A stretch of 64,000 bases of DNA from an uncultured Candidatus Saccharibacteria bacterium (GCA_964641225.1 CAZXKC010000001.1:23268-87267); one strand, 5' to 3'; positions 36,018 through 46,594 are shown, numbered from the stretch's first letter. The notes: generated by a model from the letters alone, not told the origin. Numbers and translations are program-made.

Positions 36018-39000
36018 GTGAAATCATATGCTCAAACGCCGAGCACTTTCCGTAGATTTTTAACTGCTTCTTTAATTTTTGTACTTACCCTCGCGCCGAT
36101 TGGCCCTGCGCTTGCGCAACAAGCTTCTAGTACTCCTCCTGCGCAATCCAGCGAAGATTTTTCCTCATCAAGCACTGCTGATCCAGATCATCCCATTTTA
36201 AGCGGGTCACTTTCTGATGTGGCAGAGCAATCTTCTGAAATATCGGCAGAATCAGAAGAAGAAATATCAGAAGGCAATGAAGAGGAGCCACCGCAATCCT
36301 CGATGGCGATGTCAGGATCAGGAGATATTTCTGGCGGTGCCGACGGCAGTCCAAATACTATCAAGCAGGTTATTCCCGGTGTTGATCAAACTACGGGCGC
36401 TTTGACGTATACCTATCCGCTCAAGATGCCGCCTGGTAGAAATGGAATGCAGCCAGACCTTAGTTTGAGTTATAACAGCTTGTCCGCTGATTCAAATTCA
36501 ATTGTTGGATACGGATGGAGTCTCAATATTCCCTATATAAAACGCATTAATAAAGATGGCGTCAATAAACTTTATTCTGAGAATTATTTTGAATCTTCAC
36601 TTTCAGGCGAGCTTGTTCCGTACCCGACGAGTTCAACGAGTATTTTCAGATCAAAGGTTGATAACGGGGAGTTTTTAAACTACACCTTCGCTAGTAATAC
36701 ATGGACGGTTACTGATAAATCAGGGAAAACCTATACCTTCGGTAATAGCTCTAGTACTCAATTAGTAGATGATGCAAGCTCGACTCGCATATTTGCTTGG
36801 ATGCTTAATGAGGTGCGCGACCTCAATGGTAATTACATGACCTATGAGTATTACAAAGCATATGGTCAAATTTATCCAAATAAAATTTATTATACCCAAT
36901 ACGGAACAAGCACGGCTCCGTTTGAGATAGAGTTTTCACGAGAATCGCGATCGGATGGGTATGTGAAATATGATATGGGTTTTGCGGCCAGTTCGACGTA
37001 TCGTATCAAAGAAATTACGGCAAAGCATAATGGTACATGGACTAAAAAATATACGCTTGGATATGCAACTTCTACGACAGGTATTCGGTCTCTTCTAGAT
37101 ACTATTACTGAATCCGGTTTTAGTGATGCTAGCGCTACTACGACCCTGCCCGCGACCGATTTTGATTATCAGAGTAATTTACCGACGGGTGTTAGTACTT
37201 TGTTTGAGACTCAAACTATTTATGACGTCACGTGCCCCGCCAATATTAATACGACTCAGGGCGTAATTATTTCAGATGTTAATAGTGACGGCCTGCCTGA
37301 TATCTTGGAGGCAAATAACAGCGAAACCGCGACTTATCTTAATACAGGGATTTTTGATGGGACCTCAACCTGGGCGACTAGTACTATGTTTAATTCGCCA
37401 CTTCTTTTTAGCAATGCCTCTTCGACAGACTTGGGTGTTCGTTTGGCTGATATTAATGGTGACGGTAGAATAGACCTTGTTAAAAGGGTAAATTCGAGTT
37501 CAACTATTTATTTCAATACCTCCTCTGGCTGGAGTTTGCATACGTCGACTTCTACCTGGGTCATCCCTGAAGATACTGCTAATAGCGATGGGAGTGACAA
37601 CGGAGTCAGGTTAGTTGATCTTACAGGTGACGGATTGCCTGATTTTATACAAACAACAACGGGCGGAGGTTCTAATACTCATGTTTGGGTAAATAATGGT
37701 AGTAATTGGGTGAGCGACTCTGGTTGGGATACTTTTCCCCAAGGGATTCTTCAAGATCATCCGATGTTTGTTGATCTTAACAACGACGGATTAATGGATG
37801 ACATTCAGAGTTCTGTTAGCGGTGTAAATTGGCATCATTGGGCGTATTTAAATAATGGTAAGGGAGGTTGGGTTGCGGCATCTCAATATGATCCTGCTGC
37901 AATGTATTATTTCAACTATAATGGTAATGATTGGGGGACTCGAGAGGCGGATATTAACGGTGACGGCTTCTCGGATCTTTTGCAAGGTAAGAATTTACTA
38001 GGAACAGCAGCACACGTTAATACCGGATTAGGGTGGAGTACGAGCTCTTGGAGTGGTTTAGAGTTTGTTGATAATGGATCCCATGACAATGGGTATCGTT
38101 TCGCAGACTATAACGGCGATGGGATGGTAGATATTTTAAATTGTAAAACAGGAGGAAGCGCAGATATTTTTCTTAAAAATCAGCAACTTAAACCAGATTT
38201 GCTGACGCGAATTAAATTGCCGACTGGTGGCTCTACGGCCGTTGCCTATCAACCAACTACAAAATACGTTACTGGTGCGAGTAGCACGCTACTTAATGCG
38301 AATCTTCCCTTTGTTATTGACACGGTAAGCACTATCACTAAGTCTGATAATGTGAGTCCAACTTCAACGCAAACATTTAGTTATGAAGGTGGTCAGCAAT
38401 ACTTTGCAGGTGCGCTTGATCGTAAAATGGCTGGGTTTGCGAAAGTTGTCAGCACTGATACAGCCAGTAACACCACGAGCGTGTTTTATCACCAGGGTGA
38501 CAGTAGTAGTTCGAGCACCGGAGAATATAACGACGACGTTTTTAAAATTGGTAAGGTTTATCGTACAGAAGTCGCAGACAGCTCTGGCAATATCTACAGC
38601 AAAACTATCAATAAATGGGACGAGGCGACCTCGACAACATCATCTAGTACGTTTGTAAATCTCGCACAAACTATTTCATTCTCGTATGACGGTGATGCAG
38701 ATCATAAAGAGAAAGCTGAAAGTTATACCTATAGCACTTCAACTAGCAATCTGCTTACGAAGACCCAGTGGGGTGAGGTCACTGGCAGCAATGACGGTAC
38801 TTTTTCGGATACTGGGAGTGATAAATTCATAACAACGTATACCTACGCTTCTAGCACAGCCTCTTCGACGACGAGTTCTACGGTCGAGCTTTATACGACA
38901 TCTTTTTATAGTGATTCGAGTCTGATTGCGTATTGGCGTCTTGAAGGAGGCCTAAGTGATTCAAAGGGTTCTAGTAACGGGACTAATCATTCTGTCACAT

Positions 39001-42000
39001 TTGCTACATCAACCGGTAAATTCAATCAAGGCGGTCATTTTGCTAGCGGTTCATATTTCAATGGTTCAATTACTCAGCCAACTTCTTCGTATTCTGTTAG
39101 TGCGTGGCTCTCGCATAGTTCTGCTAGTAACGATAACAATGAAGGTATCTGGGACACCCAAAATCCTGTTCAAGCCTATTGGGAGACTGGCATGACGTTT
39201 GCCTACAACCCTTCTATTGGTAAATTCCGCGTCTATCACGGCAATGGTTCTTGGCAGGATAGCAATGACGTAGGTTCAACTTTTGAAGATGGTTTAATGC
39301 ATCACGTCGTTGTCACTTGGACTGGCACCACCTCTACGTTCTATTTAGATGGTTCGTCTATAGGTTCCACTTCTCACTCGCGTGCAATGAATAATGATGG
39401 CAGTTATCAGATTGGGCAGAGGACTACTAATGATCAACCCTGGTACGGCAATATGGACGATATCGCTATATTTTCGCGAGCGCTGACTTCTGGCGAGGTG
39501 CACGATATTTACAGTATCTTTGTTTCGTCGCCATCAAATTTTTCTCTACTCGCTTCAGAATCAACTGTCGATGCTAGTTCGACTAAAGTAAAAGAGTCGC
39601 GCGTATATTACGATAGTCTTGCTCTGGGTTCTGTGAGTAAGGGCAATTCCACCAAACAAGAATCTTGGAAGAGCAGCAGTGATTACGCCAGCAGCACTAA
39701 GGTCTATAACAGTTATGGTTTGGTCACAAGTGCAACTGATCCACGAGGTAAAACTACGACCTATAGTTACGATACGTTTAACCTTTACGTTGCTACTTCA
39801 ACGAATCCACTGTCTCAAACTACCGGCTATCTGTATGACTACAGTCTGGGTAAACCAAAACAAATCACTGACGCCAACGGCTTGGTATCCCAAACAGTTT
39901 TCGATGGCGTTGACCGCGTCACTGAAGAAAAGCAACCGGACTTAGCAAGCCCGAGCAGTCTCGTGACAAAAGCTACATATGCGTACACCTATCAAAGCCC
40001 CGTCGGCTTAATGGTTAAGCAGTCGCAATATCTTGATGGCAGCAATATCGTTGATCGGTATACCTATACCGATGGATTCGGGCGCACTATTCAAACTCGT
40101 CAAGAAACTGAAGATAGTTTTGCGGTGAGCGACATTGTGTACAACAATATTGATAAAGTACTCAAAGAAAGTTTGCCGTACTTTAGTTCTGGCGCAAGCT
40201 CAACAACAGCAACTGCAGTCGCAACGCTATATACAAACTATACCTACGATTCGCTCTACCGCGTCAGTACCACTACAAATAGCGTTGGTACCACTACCAT
40301 GGCCTACGATGATTGGAAGACAACGATTATCGACCCGATGGGTACACCAAAGTCACTGTATAAAGATGCGTATGGCAATCTCAAGCAAGTCGATGAAACA
40401 ATTGGCACGAGCACGGTCTCAACGGCCTACACGTACAACTATCTGCAAAATCTAACCGGTATTACGGATGCGCTCGGCAATATTCGCAGCTTTACGTACG
40501 ATGGCCTTGGCCGTCGTCTGACCGCGCAAGACTTACACGTCTCCGGAGATGGTACGTATGGCAGTTATACATACACATATGATGACGCAGGCAATCTTAC
40601 TCAACAGGTTGATCCAACCAGTCAGACGGTTAACTTTACCTACGACGATCTCAGCCGTCCGCTCACCGAAGATTATACGGGAGCCTCCAGTACAGAAATT
40701 ACTTATACCTACGACAGCTGTACGTACGGCGTCGGGCGGCTCTGTTCAACTTCATCAACAGATGTTTTAGCGACTAGTACCTATAACGCGCTTGGTTTGG
40801 TGGCAACCTCGACCAAATCTATTTCCGGCACGGCCTACTCGACAACATATAGCTACGACAGAGTTGGCAATGTTCTTGAAACGATTAATCCTGATGTCAG
40901 CCGAGTTAAGAATACTTACAATGCTGGCGGTTTTTTGGAAACTATTCAACGTAAAGAGTCTACTGATGGTGACTACATTGATGTCGTAACTGACTTTGAC
41001 TACGGTCCGCACGGAAAAGTAACTGAGATTGATTATGAAAATGGAGCCATTACCGAGAACACGTATGATTCAAGCAAGCAGTATCGCTTGCTTAGAAAGC
41101 TCACCACCGTACCCGCAGGAGAGAGCATGATGCGTTCGTTTTCGATGATCGAGCCTGACGTTGAATTGTTAGAATCGAAGGAGGGGTCGACTAGTACCTT
41201 AGAAATGTCATCAAGTACTCCTGAAGAAGCTTCGAGTATTCTTGAAGAGTCGACGAGCACAGTTTTTGAGGCCACTTCAACGAGTGAACAGGCCGAAGCG
41301 ACTTCGACGATGGAAAGCTCTGAGTCTGCTCAATCCGCAGAGTCGGCCACTCCGACAGAGGAGGAACAACAGGAAGAGGCTAGCTCAACTCCGACTTCAT
41401 TCCTGCCTCGCTACACAGGTCTGACGCTGCGCGATGTTTTTTCGATACTTGCTGAAGTCTTTACTATCAAAACTGCTCTTGCGTCTGGCCCCATAGAACT
41501 CTACGATACGTCGTTATATAACGACGGCAACCTTCTTAATTATTATCGGCTTGAAGGTAACGTAAATGACTCTAAGGGTTCTAGTAACGGCACAAACCAC
41601 TCTGTTACGTTTAGTACCTCTACGGGCATGTTTGGTCAAGGCGGTCATTTTGCTAGCGGTACATATTTTAACGGCTCAACTACTCAGCCCACCTCTACGT
41701 ACAGTATTAGTGTCTGGCTTTCGCACTCTTCCGCCTCAAACGACAACAACGAGGCGATTTGGGACACTCAGCATCCGACTGAGTGGGAAACTGGTATTAC
41801 GACCGCCTACAATCCCTATCTTGGTAAGTTCCGTGTTTACCACGGCAATGGTTCCTGGCAAGACAGCAGCAACGTAGGCACGTACTTCGAAGACGGAGTC
41901 ATGCACCACCTCGTCATCACTTGGACCGGCTCTGTCACCACCTTCTACCTCGACGGCTCCAATATTGGCTCTGGGTCCTACACCCGTGCCGTCTACAACG

Positions 42001-43649
42001 ACGGAAGCTTTCAGATAGGTCAGCGAACTGCCAACGACCAGCCTTGGTACGGTAACATGGATGACTTTGCTATCTTTAGTAGAGCTCTATCCGAAGAAGA
42101 AGTCGCTGATTTATATTACGGCACCGAGGGAGTCCCCATCCAAGATCTCAACTATACCTACGATGCAAACGGAAATATCACGAAGATAATAGACAGTTCA
42201 GAGACTGATACCTACAAAGTTACTGATTACACGTACGATACACTGAACAGGCTCACGAACGCTTCAAGCTCATTAGCTGCAACTTCAACGAACTACAATT
42301 ACACGTATGTGTATAACGCCATCGGCAATATTACAAGTTCGACGCCGAGCGGGGTATATCTGTATCCAACCACCACGAGCGGATACGTAAATCCTCATGG
42401 AGCAGTGAGTATCGGAGGAGCTACATACGCATATGACAATAACGGAAACTTAACGAGTGATGGAACTTGGACACACAGTTGGGATTACAGGAACAGACTC
42501 ACGCAGTCTTCTTCTAGCGTGAAGTTAATTTCGTACAATTACGATGCAAGTAATAGCCGGGTTAAAATGGTAACTCCAAGTTCAACGACAATTATTCCGT
42601 TCCCAACATATTCAACTGAAGCAGGAAGTGCGGTAAAATATATCTCTGCGAATGGTCAGTTGATTGCGACGATCAGAGGGAGCACAACAACAGCTGCGGT
42701 GTATTATACGCATCCGGATCACTTGGGGAGTCAGGAGAAGACGACGGATTCGGATACGACTGTAAGCGAGCTGTCGAGTTATGATCCCTTTGGTGCGGTA
42801 AGACTGAATGAGTCAACGGTTCACGACCGCCGATCGTTTTTGGGCAAAGATCTGGATTTAGATACTGGCTTATCGCAACTCGAAGCACGTTTTTATAAAG
42901 GAGCAGTAGGAAGATTTATTAGTCAGGATCCGATGTTTTGGGAACTGAAACAAAATTTACAGGATCCGCAAAGTTTGAATTCGTATGGTTATGCCGGTAA
43001 TAATCCAATAAGGTTTAGTGACCCAACAGGAAGAGATTACCTCGAACTTTCATTCTCAGGCACATATTTTTTTGTTAGCGGTGGAGCAGGCTTACGTCTT
43101 GATCAGAATGGCATTGACTGGTTTGTTTTCGGCGGCCCAGCTTTAGCGACGCCAGGGGGTTACTTGGAAGGTCGATATTCAAATGGTAATTTAACTCATC
43201 AATCTGAAACAACCGTGTCGCGAACTGGAAAAGCTGCCGCCGGTCTTGGATTTTCGATATCTAGCGAAGGTGAGTACGATTCGAGTGATCCTCTCGGTGG
43301 CGGGAGGAATCGTACTACTGAGTCCGCTTTCATATTAGGGGGCGGAGTATCGATTTCGCAAGATTATAGTTATTCGCATAAGATGAAGATTTGGGGTAAT
43401 ACATTTGAAGAAGGTCCATATATTGGCCCCTTCAGTACCCAGGAATATAAAAACCGTGATACTATATCTCGTCAGGGGAATACAACGCTTTCCAGTTATA
43501 GGGCACCTGCATCTCAATCATCAGGTAGTCAAAGGACAACTGGTTCCGCGTCCTATCAGCAACAGCAAATTAATATTATTACGCAGCTTATCGGATTGTA
43601 TCAGCAAGTTTTGAATATACAAACGGGGCAACCGGGAGGTAAAAGATAA
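36018..43649 (+). CDS. secreted RHS/YD-repeat protein (SpvB-like, FG-GAP, TcdB-mid-like, two LamG domains, RHS core, C-terminal toxin-like domain)
   Basis: Signal peptide ALA; PPGRNGMQPDLSLSY; DINGDG repeats; YD repeats; PDHLGS; YGYAGNNPIRFSDPTG. Confidence 0.92.
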   Translation: MKSYAQTPSTFRRFLTASLIFVLTLAPIGPALAQQASSTPPAQSSEDFSSSSTADPDHPILSGSLSDVAEQSSEISAESEEEISEGNEEEPPQSSMAMSGSGDISGGADGSPNTIKQVIPGVDQTTGALTYTYPLKMPPGRNGMQPDLSLSYNSLSADSNSIVGYGWSLNIPYIKRINKDGVNKLYSENYFESSLSGELVPYPTSSTSIFRSKVDNGEFLNYTFASNTWTVTDKSGKTYTFGNSSSTQLVDDASSTRIFAWMLNEVRDLNGNYMTYEYYKAYGQIYPNKIYYTQYGTSTAPFEIEFSRESRSDGYVKYDMGFAASSTYRIKEITAKHNGTWTKKYTLGYATSTTGIRSLLDTITESGFSDASATTTLPATDFDYQSNLPTGVSTLFETQTIYDVTCPANINTTQGVIISDVNSDGLPDILEANNSETATYLNTGIFDGTSTWATSTMFNSPLLFSNASSTDLGVRLADINGDGRIDLVKRVNSSSTIYFNTSSGWSLHTSTSTWVIPEDTANSDGSDNGVRLVDLTGDGLPDFIQTTTGGGSNTHVWVNNGSNWVSDSGWDTFPQGILQDHPMFVDLNNDGLMDDIQSSVSGVNWHHWAYLNNGKGGWVAASQYDPAAMYYFNYNGNDWGTREADINGDGFSDLLQGKNLLGTAAHVNTGLGWSTSSWSGLEFVDNGSHDNGYRFADYNGDGMVDILNCKTGGSADIFLKNQQLKPDLLTRIKLPTGGSTAVAYQPTTKYVTGASSTLLNANLPFVIDTVSTITKSDNVSPTSTQTFSYEGGQQYFAGALDRKMAGFAKVVSTDTASNTTSVFYHQGDSSSSSTGEYNDDVFKIGKVYRTEVADSSGNIYSKTINKWDEATSTTSSSTFVNLAQTISFSYDGDADHKEKAESYTYSTSTSNLLTKTQWGEVTGSNDGTFSDTGSDKFITTYTYASSTASSTTSSTVELYTTSFYSDSSLIAYWRLEGGLSDSKGSSNGTNHSVTFATSTGKFNQGGHFASGSYFNGSITQPTSSYSVSAWLSHSSASNDNNEGIWDTQNPVQAYWETGMTFAYNPSIGKFRVYHGNGSWQDSNDVGSTFEDGLMHHVVVTWTGTTSTFYLDGSSIGSTSHSRAMNNDGSYQIGQRTTNDQPWYGNMDDIAIFSRALTSGEVHDIYSIFVSSPSNFSLLASESTVDASSTKVKESRVYYDSLALGSVSKGNSTKQESWKSSSDYASSTKVYNSYGLVTSATDPRGKTTTYSYDTFNLYVATSTNPLSQTTGYLYDYSLGKPKQITDANGLVSQTVFDGVDRVTEEKQPDLASPSSLVTKATYAYTYQSPVGLMVKQSQYLDGSNIVDRYTYTDGFGRTIQTRQETEDSFAVSDIVYNNIDKVLKESLPYFSSGASSTTATAVATLYTNYTYDSLYRVSTTTNSVGTTTMAYDDWKTTIIDPMGTPKSLYKDAYGNLKQVDETIGTSTVSTAYTYNYLQNLTGITDALGNIRSFTYDGLGRRLTAQDLHVSGDGTYGSYTYTYDDAGNLTQQVDPTSQTVNFTYDDLSRPLTEDYTGASSTEITYTYDSCTYGVGRLCSTSSTDVLATSTYNALGLVATSTKSISGTAYSTTYSYDRVGNVLETINPDVSRVKNTYNAGGFLETIQRKESTDGDYIDVVTDFDYGPHGKVTEIDYENGAITENTYDSSKQYRLLRKLTTVPAGESMMRSFSMIEPDVELLESKEGSTSTLEMSSSTPEEASSILEESTSTVFEATSTSEQAEATSTMESSESAQSAESATPTEEEQQEEASSTPTSFLPRYTGLTLRDVFSILAEVFTIKTALASGPIELYDTSLYNDGNLLNYYRLEGNVNDSKGSSNGTNHSVTFSTSTGMFGQGGHFASGTYFNGSTTQPTSTYSISVWLSHSSASNDNNEAIWDTQHPTEWETGITTAYNPYLGKFRVYHGNGSWQDSSNVGTYFEDGVMHHLVITWTGSVTTFYLDGSNIGSGSYTRAVYNDGSFQIGQRTANDQPWYGNMDDFAIFSRALSEEEVADLYYGTEGVPIQDLNYTYDANGNITKIIDSSETDTYKVTDYTYDTLNRLTNASSSLAATSTNYNYTYVYNAIGNITSSTPSGVYLYPTTTSGYVNPHGAVSIGGATYAYDNNGNLTSDGTWTHSWDYRNRLTQSSSSVKLISYNYDASNSRVKMVTPSSTTIIPFPTYSTEAGSAVKYISANGQLIATIRGSTTTAAVYYTHPDHLGSQEKTTDSDTTVSELSSYDPFGAVRLNESTVHDRRSFLGKDLDLDTGLSQLEARFYKGAVGRFISQDPMFWELKQNLQDPQSLNSYGYAGNNPIRFSDPTGRDYLELSFSGTYFFVSGGAGLRLDQNGIDWFVFGGPALATPGGYLEGRYSNGNLTHQSETTVSRTGKAAAGLGFSISSEGEYDSSDPLGGGRNRTTESAFILGGGVSISQDYSYSHKMKIWGNTFEEGPYIGPFSTQEYKNRDTISRQGNTTLSSYRAPASQSSGSQRTTGSASYQQQQINIITQLIGLYQQVLNIQTGQPGGKR

Positions 43650-43664
43650 AATAATTTTAAAGAC

Positions 43665-43916
43665 ATGAATATATTTTTCGCAATAGTTTTGGCGGCGTTA
43701 GGACTAACCTTCATACTTATGAGAAAGAAAATTGCTAAGCCTTGGTTTAAGGCGACTGCGTTTTCTATGAAAAAATGGGCGCCAGGATCATTGGGTTCAA
43801 GATTTTTCGGAATTGAAAATCCGGAGAGTAAGGGGTGGATAGCTTTTTTGAGTTGGGGTTTAGTCTTCGTTGGAATTGTACTTTTGTTTGCTGCTTATAC
43901 TTTATTGCGAGAATAA
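43665..43916 (+). CDS. small two-TM protein, candidate RHS immunity protein
   Basis: 15 bp downstream of the RHS stop; two hydrophobic helices. Confidence 0.55.
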   Translation: MNIFFAIVLAALGLTFILMRKKIAKPWFKATAFSMKKWAPGSLGSRFFGIENPESKGWIAFLSWGLVFVGIVLLFAAYTLLRE

Positions 43917-44015
43917 TATTTTGACAATTCATCGTAAGCAAAGTTGGGCAGAATGTAATCGGGAAAAGTAAAAATATCTTTTGCGGATACTATGAGTAGC
44001 TTGATAGGCCTTCGA

Positions 44016-44060
44016 TCATCTGATCAGGCAGGTTCTAATCTCCTTCATCAGCCGGAGCCA
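44016..44060. repeat. att-tail repeat A (attR of Element 3)
   Basis: CAGGTTCTAATCTCCTTCATCAGCCGGAGCCA; minus strand LRLMKEIRTCLIR*. Confidence 0.85.
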
Positions 44061-44061
44061 A

Positions 44062-44090
44062 AGTTCTAATTTCCTTCACTGCGGGGTATA
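44062..44090. repeat. divergent att-tail repeat abutting repeat A
   Basis: AGTTCTAATTTCCTTCACTGCGGGGTATA; minus strand YPAVKEIRT. Confidence 0.6.
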
Positions 44091-44116
44091 CTTTGGGCAT
44101 ATTTCCTCTGCCCAGC

Positions 44117-44980
44117 ATGAACAAGAAAACTCTTAAAAATGGCTTCTTTCTCCCCGACATTGGACTTGGCACAGGAGGCCCTAGCTCTAAAATTGTTAAT
44201 GAAGCATCTTGGAAACAGGCCATTCACGAAGCATTAGAAATTGGCTACCAGCACATTGACTGCGCTCCGACGTATTCAGACGGCCTTGCCGAGAAACTGG
44301 TAGGCGAAATTATCCAAAACACAGACTTATCAAAACTGGTTATATCAACAAAAGTCTCCCCAAAAGATCTCGCCCGTAAGGACTTCATTAATTCCGTAGA
44401 GAGCAGTTTGAAACGACTTAAAATAAATTCTATCGATTTACTTTACATTCACGCGTCCAATCCAAATATCCCCCTAAAAGAAACCATGAAGGCGCTAGAT
44501 GAATGCGTCACAAGAGGTCTTGCAAAGCATATTGCGGTTAGCAACTTCAACACCACGCTCCTCAAAGAGGCGCAGTCCCTTACGAACAACAAAATAGTAG
44601 CAAATCAAATTGAATACAACTTATCTACGCGCGAACAAAGTCATTGTGAGGGGTGCGATAATATGGAGTCAGAAATATTACCCTACTGCCAAGCGAACGA
44701 TATTCTTGTAGTCGCATATAGGCCAGTTGATAGAGGTGCGTTATTAGAGCCTAACCCTCTCCTTGATGAACTCACAAAAAAATATAACAAGACAAGAGCT
44801 CAGCTTGCCATTAATTGGCTCATATCTCAGAAAAATGTCGTTACTATTCCAAGGTCAGACAAGAAAGAGCATCTTGTCGAAAACTTCGAAGCTGGCGGCT
44901 GGTATATGGAAAAAACAGATGTCGAGAGGTTGCGCCGAGAATATCCTCAACAGAAAGTAACTCAATATCGATACTATTAG
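44117..44980 (+). CDS. aldo/keto reductase
   Basis: IGLGT, HIDCAPTY, IDLLYIH, IAVSNF, NQIEY, VVTIP. Confidence 0.93.
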   Translation: MNKKTLKNGFFLPDIGLGTGGPSSKIVNEASWKQAIHEALEIGYQHIDCAPTYSDGLAEKLVGEIIQNTDLSKLVISTKVSPKDLARKDFINSVESSLKRLKINSIDLLYIHASNPNIPLKETMKALDECVTRGLAKHIAVSNFNTTLLKEAQSLTNNKIVANQIEYNLSTREQSHCEGCDNMESEILPYCQANDILVVAYRPVDRGALLEPNPLLDELTKKYNKTRAQLAINWLISQKNVVTIPRSDKKEHLVENFEAGGWYMEKTDVERLRREYPQQKVTQYRYY

Positions 44981-45007
44981 CCCACTTTTCAGGAGTAATG
45001 ATCTATT

Positions 45008-45050
45008 TTAGATACTCAAGCAGGTTCTAATCTCCTTCATCGGCCGGAGC
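45008..45050. repeat. att-tail repeat B (orphan attR)
   Basis: CAGGTTCTAATCTCCTTCATCGGCCGGAGC; minus strand LRPMKEIRTCLSI*. Confidence 0.85.
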
Positions 45051-45082
45051 ACATAGCATTTCATGGGATTTCTTGGGATAAT

Positions 45083-45385
45083 GTGAGGGTGGCAAAGGGC
45101 GCTTATAAAATGAAATCCAAGGTGCTGGTATACCCAGGTATGGCCGCCTGGAGATTTTTGGTTCTACCAAAGAAAGAGGGTGCGGAAATAAAGGAGAAAT
45201 ATGGAAAGTCAGCTAAGGGTTGGGGTTCGTTGCCTGTTTCCGCTAGCATCGGAAAGACAGAATGGAAGACATCTATTTTCCCAGATAAAAAATCTGGAAC
45301 CTATTTACTTCCCCTCAAGGCAAAGATACGAAAAGCAGAAGGTATTGATGACGATGATAGTGTTCAATTTATTATTAAGTTATAA
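45083..45385 (+). CDS. DUF1905 family protein
   Basis: GWGSLPV..IGKTEWKTSIFP...YLLPLKA. Confidence 0.85.
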   Translation: MRVAKGAYKMKSKVLVYPGMAAWRFLVLPKKEGAEIKEKYGKSAKGWGSLPVSASIGKTEWKTSIFPDKKSGTYLLPLKAKIRKAEGIDDDDSVQFIIKL

Positions 45386-45393
45386 AGCGAAAT

Positions 45394-45612
45394 ATGACTA
45401 AAACATTTACATGCAAGGAGTTGGGCGGCATTTGTGACGAAAAGTTTTCTGGAGAAACATTCATGGATGTTGTGAATAAGGGCATGGGACATATGATGTC
45501 TGATGCAGCGCACAAGGAAAAGATTATGAATATGGAGCAGTCGACTGGAGAAACGAAAGAGCAATGGATGGAACGGATGCAAAAGGAGTTCGATGCAAGG
45601 TCTGCTGACTAA
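45394..45612 (+). CDS. DUF1059-like small protein
   Basis: KTFTCKELGGICD...H...H. Confidence 0.75.
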   Translation: MTKTFTCKELGGICDEKFSGETFMDVVNKGMGHMMSDAAHKEKIMNMEQSTGETKEQWMERMQKEFDARSAD

Positions 45613-45624
45613 ATTACCACCAAT

Positions 45625-45996
45625 ATGACAACCTTCTATTTTCTTTCATTCGCATATCTAGTCATTTCTTTTATCCTTGGTGCCGTGTGGCATGTCGTAC
45701 TGTTTAAGGAGTACTATAGAAAACTTGCTATATATTCCAACATTGAAAAGCCGCGATTTGCTTTCGGTTTTTCTGCGATGCTACTTCAAGCATTTGTGTT
45801 CGCGTATTTATATCCCATAATCAACAATCTTTGGCTGTTTGGTGTAGGACTCTTTCTTATCCTCCTAAGTTTTATGGTGTTTGCAGAAGCAGGCAAACAA
45901 AATACAACCTCTTTGTCTGGTTTCGTACTAATTCAGACGGCATTTTGTGCAATCCAAGCCATCCTAGTTACTTTGGCTTTTGGGCTGATTGGATAG
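45625..45996 (+). CDS. membrane protein
   Basis: Four TM helices; GAVWHVVLF. Confidence 0.7.
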   Translation: MTTFYFLSFAYLVISFILGAVWHVVLFKEYYRKLAIYSNIEKPRFAFGFSAMLLQAFVFAYLYPIINNLWLFGVGLFLILLSFMVFAEAGKQNTTSLSGFVLIQTAFCAIQAILVTLAFGLIG

Positions 45997-46150
45997 AGCG
46001 TAACCGTCTCTTGTTGAGTTATATACCAGGAACGTAGACCCTATTCGCGATGAAGAAGGTTCGAAGATTAGAAGCCCAGGGGAGCAGATTTGACATAAAG
46101 CACTATGTGTGTTATTTTTTATTTGTCCCCAAACCACGAAAGGAGATGGG

Positions 46151-46594
46151 ATGAACAAGCAAAGCGCAGCGATGGAGATCGACCCGCAGATGGTGGACGC
46201 GGCTTTCCGAGGCTGCCTCTACACCGAGGACGAGCTGCGGACGCTCCCGAAGAACGAAAAGGGTGTCCCCAAGGGCACCGTCCTCGTCGAGGGCGTCGCG
46301 CACTCGTTCGGCCTGCATCCTCAACGTCTCGAGGCCACACGAGAGCAGGTGACGGAGTGGCTCAAGCTGCTCCCGCATCAGTTCCGCACGAAGGCGTGCG
46401 GTGGTGGCGACGGCTGGTCGTTCCTCAACGCCTGCGTGCAGGAGGACGGCAACCAGTGGACCGGTGAGCACCGCGGCGTGGAGCAGCTCTTCTGCCTCGG
46501 CATGGGTCTCGGTCTCGCCAAGCTCATTGCTCCCCGTGAGACGTGGAGCATCATGCCCGGCGGCATGCCCTACTACTCCATCTCGGTGAAGTAG
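46151..46594 (+). CDS. GC-rich hypothetical protein (phage-like)
   Basis: SD AAAGGAG; strong C/G third-position bias; GWSFLNAC..QWTG; hairpin 46619-46665 downstream. Confidence 0.75.
   Translation: MNKQSAAMEIDPQMVDAAFRGCLYTEDELRTLPKNEKGVPKGTVLVEGVAHSFGLHPQRLEATREQVTEWLKLLPHQFRTKACGGGDGWSFLNACVQEDGNQWTGEHRGVEQLFCLGMGLGLAKLIAPRETWSIMPGGMPYYSISVK

Larger units (their letters stand above)
30668..44059. mobile_element. Element 3: ~13.4-kb LSR integrative element carrying the RHS gene
   Basis: GGAGCC at 30668-30673 and 44054-44059; LSR3 at left end, its in-frame tail at right end; replication-like module. Confidence 0.7.

Noticed and set aside
38883-42119. LamG duplication as a DGR template/variable repeat pair
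   Set aside because: Differences are largely synonymous and not adenine-specific; both copies are in-frame coding; no reverse transcriptase in the window
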